A stretch of 64,000 bases of DNA from Paraspadella gotoi (taxonomy: Eukaryota > Animalia > Chaetognatha), in the NCBI GenBank assembly GCA_051294375.1, contig CM119266.1, positions 24,634,312 through 24,698,311 on the forward strand. Reading direction: 5' to 3'. The position numbers and the translations under genes are program-made. Under the pieces are notes generated by a model. The model was given only the letters and a program-made list of their open reading frames with translations, was not told the origin of the DNA and did no database searches. Position 1 is the stretch's first letter, and every line of letters begins with the position of its first letter. Of the stretch, positions 12,088 through 25,374 are shown one piece after another.

Positions 12088-15000
12088 TAATCTCCCGTTT
12101 TTCGCATCTGAAGGGAAAAAAGAAATCGAGCGACGACGTCGTCAAAATTTGACGAGAGGCGCGCAAACCCCCGTGAATGACGAGGACGACGAGGAGGTAC
12201 AACAACAACAACAACGAGAACGACGACGAGCAACGCGAACAAAGCTCCCGTGACATAATCTCCCCGGGGAGCGGGGAGAGAGAGAGAGAGAGAGAGAGAG
12301 GAGGAAGAGAGAGAGAGAAGAGAGAGCGGAGAGAGAGAAGAGAGAAGAGAGATGGAATGACGCATCGGAGAAGGAAAGAGGGTCGGGGTTTAGGAGCGAT
12401 GGATGGAAATTGTGATGTGGAGGGGAGGAAAAAGAGAGGGAGGTTAACGGAAGTTGTGACAGGGAAAAGGAGAAATGAAAAAAAAATTTAAAAAGTATAT
12501 AAAGAATGAATACAGGAATTGAGATGTCAGCCGATCTATAATAATAAGAATTAAAATAGAGCTGAAAAATCAAAAAGGAAACCTACTAGTTATACTAATT
12601 ATAGTTAGGGTATTTTCCACGAAAACATGAGATTGCACGGACGCACGTACAGTATTTACATCTCAATCCGAATGTTTTCGCCAGAGAACGGTTACGGTTG
12701 AGCGGGGAGATTTGTACGTGCCGGAAATTACAAATCACGCTCCCTCGCCACAGCGTCGTCGTAAACAAACGTAGCGGCGGACGTAAAAACAAATATATAC
12801 GCGTTGGCGTTTAGAGAAAAAGGGGCGTCGACGCTGCCGACGCATTGCGACGCCTCGGCGTACATTATTCGAGGCTTTGCCGGTGTACTGAAGCCCAGCG
12901 TTTAAATTCATCGCCTACAAAATAAATAAAGTACCTTGAATAATCTGAGTTTTTTTATACTTTGGCTAAAAAGACCGTATGTTGAAAAAAAAGTTTTTTG
13001 CCGACCCGTCGCCCTTTCCGACTTTTTCCGACGCATTGCCGACGCATTGCCGACCTTCAGCCCGACGCCATCTCGACGATACAATTCGTTGAGACTTAGG
13101 AGCGACGCGTGGCGGCGATAAAAGGAAAACCCGAGAGAAATAAAAAGGAAACGAAAATAGTAAAAGCGGAATTAAGAGAAGGGAGAAGATGAAAGGGAAA
13201 GTAGGAGGATGGGGGATTCTATGAGGCCAAAAGAAGTTGTGGATTCTTGAAGGGAATCCGTTTTCTCGATCGATCTCTCAACAATGTGGAGTCAACATTC
13301 TTTGCCGGGGAAGTGGAATGCAAATTTCATACAAAACTCGAAGTTTAAAGTAATATTTTACTCCAATAGAAAAAACAATTAATTACTATTAATTATTATA
13401 ATTTTTTTATTGGTTGTATCAATTTCATAAGTTTAACGGAGATTCGAGAAACAAACCTTTTCTGTCGCACTAATTTTCTTCCTTTCCATTTTCGCGACTT
13501 GAACCGATGGCGACAAAGTTTACCGACGCCGACCGACATGGACCGACCGCGACCAAACTTTAATTTCCCCACATTAAATTTTTATTGGAAAGTCAGTCGA
13601 GGGACCTGACGAGCCTCGTTTTCGAATATTGCAACACCTAAATTCCGATTCTTTTCTCGTCACAATTAGTCACACTCGGAATATTCGGCAGAACCGCCCC
13701 GGACGCGCGAAAAAAAAGGGACAACAGCGGCGGCGGCGGCAGCGTCGGCGGCGCCGCGGAAAAATACCACCTCCGCTGCCGAAACCTGCAGCTGCGGAAA
13801 AACTGACTACAGCAGCCGCAGCCAAGGCGCCAGCGGCGACTCCGTTGTATCTCTATTCTCGAGTTCAAAGGAATTTTTGCCGCCGAAAAAAAAAGGAAGG
13901 GACGACGACGACAGCGACGACGACCACCATTGCGCTTGCTAATTAACGCTCCGACAATGAAACTTTAATTGAATAGATTTAATCTTTATGCGCAACGCAT
14001 AATGCTTAGTTTAGTTTTCATTGATTGGTGGTATGGTCTAAAAAATTAATTCAAAACGGGATACTTGATAATATGTATCTGTTAAATACGTAATTTCTTA
14101 ATATAAAGATATATTTTCATTATAGAGAAAAGTGCATTTAACAGATAAAAACAATTTTTTCCCCCAAATATTTCAGTGGCAAAAGTGGCAAAAAGCATTA
14201 TCGCTTGCCACTGATGACTTAATATTTGGGGAAAAAATCGCTTTTATTTGTTAAATGCACTTTTCTCCATAATGAAAATATATCTTTATATTAAATTAAG
14301 TGCTTGCGATGACGTTAAAATGCGTAATTTCTGAATCATTAATAATCATTATTAATTATTAATTATTATTAATTATTATCATTAATAATCTTACCCTCCG
14401 CGTTCTTCGTTCGCCGACGCGCAAGTTCTTCTTCGGAAGAGTCACAGGCTTTTGTGGAACATCTCACTGCATTTGCGAAATAGCCAAAAGTTAATTACGA
14501 TTTTATTGGGAATCAAAAGATCCAAGTCGCACACCGTTAGTCCCTCCTCCAACGCCGATTACGTTGTCATGGAAACCGTTCTGCAAAGCGATATCCTGAT
14601 TGGCGAAGGAAAATCCGGGATTCACGTGACCCGGAAATAGTTTTTGCTCTTGACAAACGGGTGGGGGCAAAAGGGAGGGACGGCTGACGTGGAGAAAGAA
14701 AATTATGAGACGTTTTTTCATGTCTTTATCACTGCATTTATTATATATACAACTATATCACTCTAGTAGGGCATGGCAATAAGTTCACCCAGTGTTGATA
14801 AGGCGCTAAGTGGGCGACGTGGGCTTCTTTAACCCCTCTGGCAGCAATGGAACGGATCCTGGGCTTGGAACAAGGGTTGAGGGTTTTCCACACCCCCAAG
14901 GTAGTTTACATCCGTCTTTACGCTTTGAGAAGGGTAGATACCATTGGGAAAAGATCTCGCTACCTAATGGTCATGAGCTGATGGCATTACTCAAAGAGCC

Positions 15001-18000
15001 ACCAGATGCCCGACTACATAACACTGTATATTCACTCCGCCTCACGTCCATCATCGTTCAGCCAATCCCATAGGCTCAGAGGGGGAACACACCATCCCAA
15101 GCGTTGTGTTCCATTCACAGTCCTAAAGAATTCCCTCTGCGTTGGCAAAGCGAGACAGTCCTATGGTAACCGCGCCAGTAATTGGAGGCGTCACTGAGGG
15201 TCGGAAGCCCCCAAAGCCAACAGTGAGATGCCCCATCCTGATGGGAATCACAGACAACCCGTGACATAGTATTATCTATATTTTACCCGTTAAACATTTC
15301 GAAGCGAGACGCCAGGTGGTCGAGACTCTCCGCGAAGGGATGATGGTGCTGCTGAGAAAGATGATGGTGCTGTTGATGTAAATGAAATGGTGTGGTGGGC
15401 GGTGATTGGGGGAAGCTGTAAGACGCCAAAGTTCCCGACGATCCCAGCGAGCACGGTCCATCTTGAGGAGATGAGAAGAAAAACGTATTGTTTCTGTTTC
15501 ACGTAATCAGTAATACTGCAGTTTCAATTTTAAAAGATGAAATGTGAAAATTATTTGGACAAACGAGGACAGCAAATAAACTAGGATGATGCCAGTCGCA
15601 ACGAACTGAAATCAATGTCCCTAGTAAAGTCAAATGTTTAATTAAATCAGTTTACAATTAATAAAATCAATCGTTCAATTAAAATCGTTCAATACTCAAC
15701 TCTTCAAAGAATTTCCTCCCCCTCCTCCTCCTCCGTAGTGAATCTCGAAAGCGTCGCGGTGAAAATCATTCACTGTTGGCGACATCATCGCCGGGTGGCC
15801 GAGAGCGTGACCGGCTCCAATGGGGTGGCCCGTGCCCAGACCGTGCCCGATGGGGTGTCCGATGTGATGACCCAGACCGTGCCCGGCACCGATCGAATGT
15901 CCGGGGAAATGAGACGAGGACGTGGGTAAGGATGTGAGAGTCGGTGACGCGAGGAAAGAATCGGGTGAGTTCGGAAGAGTCTGTGGGCCTATTTTCAAAT
16001 GCATCAAAATGTAAGTAAAAAAATAATTGTGTTCGCTTGTGTACTTCTAGTAAAACAGTGTAGTCTAAACTCTGAAGGAATTAATTGATTTTTTTTGTTT
16101 ATTCAAGTAATGTGCATTTAAGTTGGTAGTACGATTTGGCGAGAAAAAAAAAAGAATAATGGGAGCTTACAAGAAAAAAAATTTTTAAATAAACAATCGT
16201 TAAAACGTATTTAAAATTACTTTTAAATTATAATTTTTTTTTATTAAATCAACTTCCGACTTGGAAAATGTTCGACGGACCAGATTCGAAACGCGCGCCA
16301 TTTTCTTACTAGGAAACGCGACTGCCGTCCCCGGTCCTACGGCTTGACCGGTTGCGAGATATCTCTGCTGAAGCCCGGAGGCGTGACAAGTGGCCAGCGT
16401 TGCTGTCGACAAAGACGCCGGCGACGCGGAATAAGACGGTATCACGATCCCCGGACGAAACCCGGGCGTCGAAAGCGCCATCGCGTGGATCAAGTGGGAA
16501 AAAGAGTAAGAGAGGTTTTTTTCTAGTTATTTCGATATATTTTCCATAATAAGTCGCGAATATTAATCCGAAAAGAAATTTGGCGTCTATCGATGTGGTG
16601 AAAGTTTTTTTTGCGCGAGAAAGAGATACTAATTATTTTTTCTTTTTTCCCCCCTTCTACCGTCCGAAGAAAACACACGTCAACAATTTCGTAAATGGTC
16701 CAGCCCTGCGACAGCGACGATGTCGACGAAAGCGGCGACGACGACGATGACGAGCTGTGCTCTCTTTTTTTTCTTTCTGTCTCTCTCTCTTTCACCCAGA
16801 CCGCCCCCCCAAAAGGAAACCGCGGGCTTCGTGTGTGGTCCCAGCGTAGCCTGCGTAGAGGCAGTCAAATTCAAGACAACCAAAACTCTTATCTTTTTCG
16901 ACCGTTTTAAAAACAAAAATTCGACAAAAAAAAGGAACAAAAGAATTGCGATTCATCCTCCATCTATCCCGCTTTTCGAGAACATTCACGTCTTTTGTCT
17001 TTGATTTTGTATTTCTGGTTCTTTTTTTTTATTTCTTTTTGTCAAAAAAGTAAACAAACCGTTACAGCAAGATTTATAACAATTTATTTTCCGCGAAAGC
17101 TCAATTCAGACAATAAAGAACTATTATTAACAGAAATTTAACCAATCACCTAAAAAATGAAAACCAAGAATTGAAAGTTTGAAACAGCCATGATATAAAA
17201 TTTGAAAAAAAAATCTATAGAACGGAATTACTATTTACAATATAATATAATTTAAATACTTGTGTACAATTGGAATGTATTTAGTATGTTCATTGTCCAA
17301 TGTCAAGTTCCAGGATGGAGCAAAACAAAGTTGTCATGTACAACGAATGTTAACTATAAGATAGGTCGTCCGTAGAGTAGGAAGATAGGATACGGACTGG
17401 ATACGTACATAAAAACATGAGTGCCGCAGTCACTTTCACAAATTAAGAAAATAATTGCATTTAATGGACAATTAGCTTCCTTATTAAATACTCTAAGCGA
17501 ATCATGTTTTTTAAAGCGAGCTTTGTTATCCAATATCCAAGACATTGTGTAAAATTTGATATTAGTACAAGTATGTTATCAACTTTAATAAAATAGTTGT
17601 TTAACAAACACTTTTTTTGCAAATTTTGTATTATATATTTATTACATATGACTAAAAAAAAATGGAAGTTTTAATCCAATTGTGCAACACTTAGTCATTG
17701 TAAATACGGTAATACAAAAAATTACAGATCTGAAAAGATCTTACAAAACAAAACTGGAAGGCGAGAGAATAAAATTCTCTCTTACCTAAGATTATTTTGC
17801 GCTATTAAGACCAACGAAATATTATTTCGCTTCGTTAAAATGCCGACGGACAAACTCACATCCAATAACCCAGATAACAATCCAACTCATTCCTGAAGTT
17901 TTTGATCCCACTCTGTTGGAATCCAATGAATCAATTGATCCTGTGCTTCCGCTTCGAGTCCAACGATCCCGTCAAAGGCCGGAGCGACGACGAGACCGAC

Positions 18001-20171
18001 TTCTTAACAGACTCTTTGCCGGCGCCGTCGGGCTCGCCGCTGCCGGAGTCGCTCTTCCCGCTTTCGTTAACTCCGTTGTCGCTAAGAGTCCGGATTTCCG
18101 GCACGTCGTCGTCGTCGTCGTCGTCGTTTTCGACGTCTTCTTTTCGGCTGAGCAATTCCGAGCTTAAAATTAAAAAAAGGGAGCAAAAGTTATAAATAAT
18201 TAGAAAAACTACAATAAAAAAAAATCTTTTTCGCCGTAAGTACTGTTTGCATTTAGTGACCTGGCATTCATGACGCTCATTTCGCGCTCACGGCGTTGAC
18301 GTCGGGTGGGATTCGTTACATATCGAAGATTAAGGCGCCAAATGTGGATCAAACCCAACGACCCTAAAACAAAAGAACATCTTTAGAAATAAAAATAGGT
18401 CGCTGAAGATAACTGTTAATGAGTCGAAAATTTAAGAAGTCAACAGATACGAGCGATCTCCGGAACTTGCGCAGAACTTACCCGTGATCATGCCAAAAAG
18501 ACTTCCCAGAATGAAAAAACCGAATCCCCAAGAGTAGTAACCATTGTATCGCCAACGGTCGAGAGTTCCGCTCAGCCAAGCTCGCGTGTGAAGACTCCCG
18601 AACATGATCGAGCCGATGAACCCAAGAATTCCTGAGTTGGATTTTACTTTTTTATAGTTTTATGAAGACATGGGCCAAGAAAAAATATATATACATAATA
18701 AACATATTATTTAAATATATATATATATATATATATATAAATATATTTAAAAATCTTCGAAACAAAATACGTATTTTGTACGAACAAAGATAAATTGATA
18801 AATTGAACAATCCCCTCTTTACCGCCAAAGAGCATGACTATCGCCGAGGCAAAGTAGATCTTCAACCGGCGCTTGACGAGTTCCTTTGGAGTCTTGGGTT
18901 TGTAGTCGAGGTCATTGACGGACATCATCGACTTGGACTTGTCGTACAGACTCCGCATGGACTTGCCTGTAGCTAGGTTTCCCATCGACGCCATGCTCTT
19001 CGTTTTTCTGACGGGGAATTTCAAAAAGGTTTTTGTTGTTGTTGTTATCCTCTTGTCTTTTCTTGCCTCGTAAGAAGCGATGGTAAAATATATTACTTAA
19101 GTATTGTAGATAATCTTTTATATAATTGACAGAAATTTGGGATATACATAAATAGGCCTTTACTTTTTTTTCACTAATTCAAAGCGAATCTAATAAATAA
19201 ATATTCAACCTTATTACGAGTTCACACAAAATTCCAACCAACCCAGAAAAGACGGAGCTCGGCTTGGCCGATCGGCCTCCGGTCTCGTTGAGGACCGAGT
19301 TGGTGCTCTTGGAGATGCCCCGCGATCCGTTGATGGTGGAGGTGGATTTGGGACCGGCCGCAGTGGAACCGCCGGCTACTCGATTAACCTGGAAGATGCA
19401 ACAAAGTAGTTGTCTCAAATATCGATGGTCAACACTCAATGGTCATCAAAGTGCACGCGTTACCTCGAGCACACTCGCGGATTTTAGTTTAGCGCTCCGA
19501 GATTGGGAGGGAGCGAGATAGTAGTAGGCGAGGACGAGGATCGAGGCCAACTCGAAAATGAGGCCAACGGTGGCGAGAAATTGGATGGTGATGAAGTAAT
19601 CTGCGATGGAAAATAATTAGAATTAAATTAAGTGTTGAAATCAGGTTAAAAACGTTGTGAAGTCTATAAGTTTTCAGAATCTAGGGGTCCTTTACGATTA
19701 CTTTTGTAACTTTTGCCACACACCGTTAATTTCAATTTGACTCCGCACCTGTATTGAAGCCTCGCCAAACTTGATAAAAATCGATTTGATAGTAAAAGTA
19801 CCAGCCTCTCCAGGTTCGGTCCGAAACGTGATCGCTTTCAAAGTGGAATCCTTTCTTATCGTTGCTGAAGAAAGAAAGATTTTAAATATTGGCGCCTTTT
19901 CTTTATTATACGCCTTAGCCCTTACCTATCGATATTCAAGCCCCAAAGACCTAAGGCTGACATGGGTACGATGCTCTGATATCTTTGAATCCAAAAGGGT
20001 GACACATATCCGATGATGGAGCACAATAGCGTGAAACAACTGAGTCCAGCGTAGAATCGATCCAAAGCGGTGATTTTGTGAAAAAACGCCATTTCATTGG
20101 CTAGTAATTTTATCACTATGACGCTTCTCACGAGGCTGTTTTTTTATTGCTCCATTAATATCGAAGAGTTT
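11216..20171. repeat. Copy B of a ~9 kb tandem duplication
   Basis: Same ORFs and repeats as 2221-11207, offset by about 9 kb. Confidence 0.95.
17931..20092 (-). CDS. Claudin/PMP22-superfamily tetraspan protein B, multi-exon, with a long Ser/Lys-rich loop between TM2 and TM3
   Basis: Exons 20092-19926 (SCFTLLCSIIGYVSPFW...GLW), 19864-19749, 19600-19464 (YFITIQFLATVGLIFEL), ~19375-19230, ~19020-18822, ~18631-18482 (YYSWGFGFFILGSLFG), ~18363-18250 and ~18163-17931. The W...GLW and YSWGF motifs and intron phases match the neighbouring paralog. Confidence 0.75.
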
Positions 20172-20623
20172 TTTCCACGGCTACACATAATACAAACAAG
20201 TGAAAAGTCCAAACCAACATATGGGTAATCAGAGAAAAGAAAACGATCGGGACGCAGAATGCAACATTATTTAATATTTTTGCTTATGGTAAACATCGCA
20301 TTTGTAGATTTTCCTTTCTAAGATTTTTAGTTCATATGTACAAAAATTTTTACATATGCCATAACAGAAAGTCATAACATAGCATTTTAAGATTTTCCTT
20401 TCTATTAGAAATTCTAAGACTCTTAATACATAAGTCATAACAGAAAGTCTGTAAGTCAGAAGATCAGCAACAGAAGTGTAAACGCCCAGCAAATGTGCAT
20501 TGAGCAATAACGAATAATACACAATTTTCAAATTATGATAAAGATCAAATTCTTGGTTCTTAAGAGAACCTTTATTGAGAGCTTTTGATTTAAATTTTCC
20601 TCCATTATTTCTTTGATTATTTA

Positions 20624-23286
20624 CTAATATTTGCGTTTCTTCTTTTTAGCTAGAAGTTCTTTCTGCGATGTGCTTTTGTCTTTCTGATGGGTTCTGACGA
20701 CACGCGTCGGGTGTTCGTCCGCCGAATGAACTTCCGGATCTGAAACCACTTCGTTGTTGTCACGGAAACTATTAACAAAAGGAAATATTGGTTGTTTTAA
20801 TACAAACAAGCCAAAGAAGTTGACGTTATTGTCAAGTGTTGGCGCCCAAATCATTCCTTTTTTTAAAATATAATTAAATGCAAGATTTCATAAATTATCA
20901 GAAAATTTTTGATAAGTCTTTTGTCAAAATTACAAATTGTCCGACAGAGGCGACATGGAAAACAAAATACAAGTTTCATTTGAATTTTCTCCCCTCAAAA
21001 ATTGTATTTAATAATTTATTTACCAATAATTTAATATAGGTTTGTTAACGACGATTTTATTTTATTATGCAGACATGTTTCGACTCTAAACATTTTGAGT
21101 CTTCATAAAGATTTATAGAGATTTACAGAGAGTTTAATATAGGTTGGTTAACAACGATTTTATTTTATTATGCAGACATGTTTCGACTCTAAACATATTG
21201 AGTCTTCACCAGCACATCAGTCGAAACATATCTGCATGTCTGCCATAATAAAATAAATACGTTGTTAACAAACCTATATTAAACTCTTTGTAAATCTCTA
21301 TAACACAATGAACGAAAGGATTTCACCATGAATACTAATTTATTTATATTTGATTGTTCATTACCTGGCGTCGTCTTCATCCTCCGATTCGTCGTCTGCA
21401 CTTCTCCTTTCTTGGTCGTCGCGGCTGCTCGGGGGTGGACCCCACCAATAGCCGGCTGGCGGGTGTGGGTAGCCGTTGCGGGGTTCTTTTCCGGGCTCAC
21501 TTGGAGGTGGTGGCCAATAAGGATATGGCGGGTAACCATGAGGGGGCGGAGGGTAGCCTTGGGGCGGTGGAGGGTAACCGTGGGGAGGTGGTGGGTAGCC
21601 TTGGGGCGGTGGAGGGTAACCGTGGGGCGGAGGAGGATACTCTCGAGGCGACCGTGAGCTTCCGCTCGGAGGATAACCGGGAGCAGCGAACGGATACATC
21701 TGTATTGAGTTTTGACGGCGCATCTTCGGGTTTTCCACGAATTTACGGAAGAGGCGTCGGTGGTGAATCAACGCCAAGGACCCTTAGCACAAAAAAAAAA
21801 AGAAATAATTTAACTTCTTTTGTTAGAAAAAAATAAATTGTGAAATGTGAATCAAAAAAAATTGTCTAAGCGTTGCCATGGAAAAGAAAAACGAGTTTTC
21901 TTGTCAAGAAAAAGAAATAAGAAAAGTTGGAAATTTTCGTCATATAATTAAAGACTATCTATTTCATATTTCTCAGTGATTATATGAATATTGGTAAGCT
22001 TGAGTTAATAATATTTTAATCACTTTAATCCTGAAATACTTCACATATTGCACAAACCAGTGACAATGCAGAAGATTGAGCCGACAATGGCAAATCCGAA
22101 TCCCCAGGAGTAATAAGCGGCGCGATGGATTCGACCGAACGTTTTGTAGAGCCATCTGTCGGACTCCAGGTGCTGTGTGCAGAACATTATGGTCGCAAGG
22201 AAGTAAACGCAGCCTGCAATAGGTTTGACAGTGGATGCAATATACATTCTACACTACAGTAATCTTTATCGTTAAGCGAGAGATGTAATGTTTTCATCGC
22301 TGAAAATCAACAACGATATGAATTTTTGCTTAAAAAATCGACTAATTAATTGATTGTCCTCAAGCCTATCCTTACTTGCCTGTGGTGTACCACATGACCT
22401 ACCTCCGCTGAGCAGCAGGATGCTGCCCCATTTGAGCCTCTTCAGACGCTTTTCCCAGAAGATGATGGAAGCGTAGAAGAGGACAACCAGGATGGTGCCA
22501 ACCAGAATGACCAGCATCGCGGCGAGGCACATCACTTGGATGGAGATAAAGAAGCCTGGTTGAGGCAGGTGGGGCGAGTGGGGAAGATGGTTGAGGAGGA
22601 ACGGGGCGGTTGGTCAATGGACTCAGTAGGGATGACTCAAATAGCCAAATGAAAGATCTAAGAGAGAACGAACCTCGTCCGCTGATTGGTCTAAAAACGA
22701 AACTGAACTCCCGCGACCAGATCCAATAGTAACCGTTCCAGTTGCGTTGGAAAAGGTCTTCTTTGAATTGATAACTGTTAGGAGAAATACCGCAAATTCT
22801 TTTTATCTACTCATAACCACAGCTGACATAACTCAGTGAAGGAAAGAGAAAAAATCTTTTCCATGAAATCTTTTTTTAAAATTTTTTTCCTTTCTTTTCT
22901 CTGGAACTCAAATTTTTATTTTCATCTTGATAAATTAAATATATGAATTCCACGGCGGTGTACGGACGGACGTTCGGACGTTCGGACAAACAAATCGGCA
23001 AAACCCAACATTCGATTTCCCTCTTTTCGGCGTCGACATACTTTTCGAGCTGTATCATCCAAAGTCCGATGGAACGAAGCGGAAAATCGCTGAATCCCAT
23101 CTCCCATTTCACGATCCAATGAGGAGAGAAGAAGCTGACGAGGATGACGATGAGACCGAACGCCAACGTCCCGATGAGCGCTTTGTCCAGAGGCTTCAGC
23201 TCCGCCTCCGTCACCTGCGTCGATCGACCCAATGATCTGGTCGATCCCCGGTGACTCATGTTACGATTCGAACCTCGATGACTCAT
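20624..23286 (-). CDS. Claudin/PMP22-superfamily tetraspan protein A, 6 exons, with a GYPPPP(Q/H)-repeat tail
   Basis: Exons 23286-23042, 22774-22674, 22555-22403, 22213-22058, 21782-21365 and 20768-20624 splice in frame with GT-AG. Motifs SFFSPHW...SIGLW, FFISIQ and YYSWGFGFAIVG; four hydrophobic segments. Confidence 0.8.
21113..21303. repeat. Intronic fold-back element with a minus-strand hammerhead motif at 21171-21216 (core variant CUGGUGA); partial direct duplicate at ~21030-21106
   Basis: Reverse complement reads gCTGGTGA-agactc-aatatgttta-gagtc-GAAA-cat-GTC. Arms ~21113-21188 and ~21219-21303 are inverted repeats. Confidence 0.75.
21528..21640 (-). repeat. 21-bp coding tandem repeat encoding GYPPPP(Q/H)
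   Basis: ORF 21361-21777 reads YPPPPHGYPPPPQGYPPPPHGYPPPPQGYPPPPHGYPP. Confidence 0.9.
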
Positions 23287-24363
23287 TGTGCAACTCGGTA
23301 GACGAGAAAGGTAAGGTCGGCGAATCGGGATGAACCGAGCAGCGAGTTTTTATATTTGTTAGTTTAATATTTTCCTTTGGATGATCTTGATAAACATATT
23401 TCGTGTTCAAAACCCATCTTGAAAGAAATGGTATCGCGTTATCATCGTCATTCTCTTACTGTCACTTTTTGGAACCTGACGCATTATGATTGTGAGTAAA
23501 GATATTTTTTTGAAATTTGAAATTACGGTATTAAGAACGAAATGAAACAAGCTTGATGACTTTTTTTTTCTGACAGGATTGTTTATGATACTTACGCACT
23601 AGCCATTGAACTGATGGTTCAAATTCGGAGAGAAGAACAGAAAAATGTTTTGTTGTTGTTCGTTGATTAATTTTTAACTTTTTTTGTAGAATAACTATAA
23701 AAAATATATTATTCACTTTTTATTTTTTTAACAAGGGGCCTGCTCTCCTGTATTTTAAAATGAGTTAGTTTCAATTTTAAATGTTAATTGATAAAGTTGA
23801 GATGAGGTTAGGTATCATTAAAATATCAGTTGAAGAAACTGGAATATTTTTCGCGACTGACAGAATTCAACAAAGCTCCGAGCAGACGATTCTGGCAGCA
23901 GCACTTACCTGCAGGTAAAATTGTTGCTTACCTTTTCGCTGCAAACTATGTTTAATGAATAATCTCGAATAGGAGATTACAAAATGGGGAATCTGGGATC
24001 ATTTGAAATAACATTTGGAATTTAGGGCAATTATAATTTAACGATAAAATAATACAACAATAATCTTCGACTGTCGAAAAACCTGTTTGAAGACAGAGCA
24101 CCTGACCCTCCCTTACCCTGCAGTGGCTGCTGCGTTCCTTCTTTTTGAATGTTGGAGGTTTCGTGACAAAAAAAAAAAAAGAGTCCGGAGGTTATGTAGC
24201 GTTTTGATTCCAACTGAGAACATGATAATATGAATCCTGTATCATTTTCTATAATTCGCTAAATAAGTCAAAAATTCCGAAGCATAGTTTACATTATTTT
24301 ATTTTACATCAGATTTTTAGTCGCAATTTTGATCCTCAAAACAATATGAATATTTCATTCGAG

Positions 24364-25287
24364 TTAATTCCCGTTAGCCGCCGCCTTGGCTGCTCTCCTT
24401 TCGGAGATACTATCCATAAATTGTCTAAATCCCCGACTCGTTTTCGATTGTCTAATCTCCGACTCGGCCGTCAAGACAGTTCCGCCGCTGCCTCCTCGCC
24501 ACGGAGGCACCGCACCGAGGAAGCGCCGCTCTTTCCATTTCCGGTTTTTAGAATCTTTAGATCCGAACCAACGATTTTTCTTCGAGCGTCCTGACGGAAG
24601 GGAAGGAAGAAACCGGACGGCAGAAAAATAAGATATAATAATAATATATATTATATAATATATTATAAATTTAGATAAGATAAGAGTTAAATAAGATAAA
24701 GAGAGGTTTATCATTACGTGAAAGAGCGAATGAGTCAAGAGGAATTTTAGCATTAAAAGAACAGGTTTGAGCAAATAATTCCGGATCTGCTAACGATAAT
24801 TTAGCGGTAATCAAATGATTGATTGAAAGATTAATCGGTTTGATTGATTGATTGATTGTTAGATTTTTTACCGAATTATTTAAAAAATCTGTTACGATAA
24901 ACTGATTGATGAATAATTTTGATAAATAAGTATTAATTATGGTTGTTTTTATAATTGTAAGTTTTTGTGGTGTTTGTTGTTGTGGATGTTGTTTTAGTTT
25001 TTAAGGATTTGGTGGTAATTGTTCTGATTTTTATTGTCATCGTTGATAATTAAAAATGCATATTATTTTAAAGAAAAATGGAAAAAGGATATAAATTAAA
25101 TTGTAAAAACTATCTTTTGTTTTTCCGGATGGATAGACGGATATCATTTTTTGTGCATAATTTTTCATAATTCGCTTTTATAAGATGATTTTAGTGGACG
25201 ACCGAACAAACAATTGGGGGCGACCGAGAGACCGAAAAAATAGAATATAGAATTATAAGTAATTTGGAAGGAGATAGATAGATAGAT

Positions 25288-25374
<87 letters not shown>

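Noticed and set aside
23904-23920. acttacctg as the U1 snRNA 5' end
   Set aside because: No U1 body follows. It is better explained as a minus-strand splice donor (cag|gtaagt).
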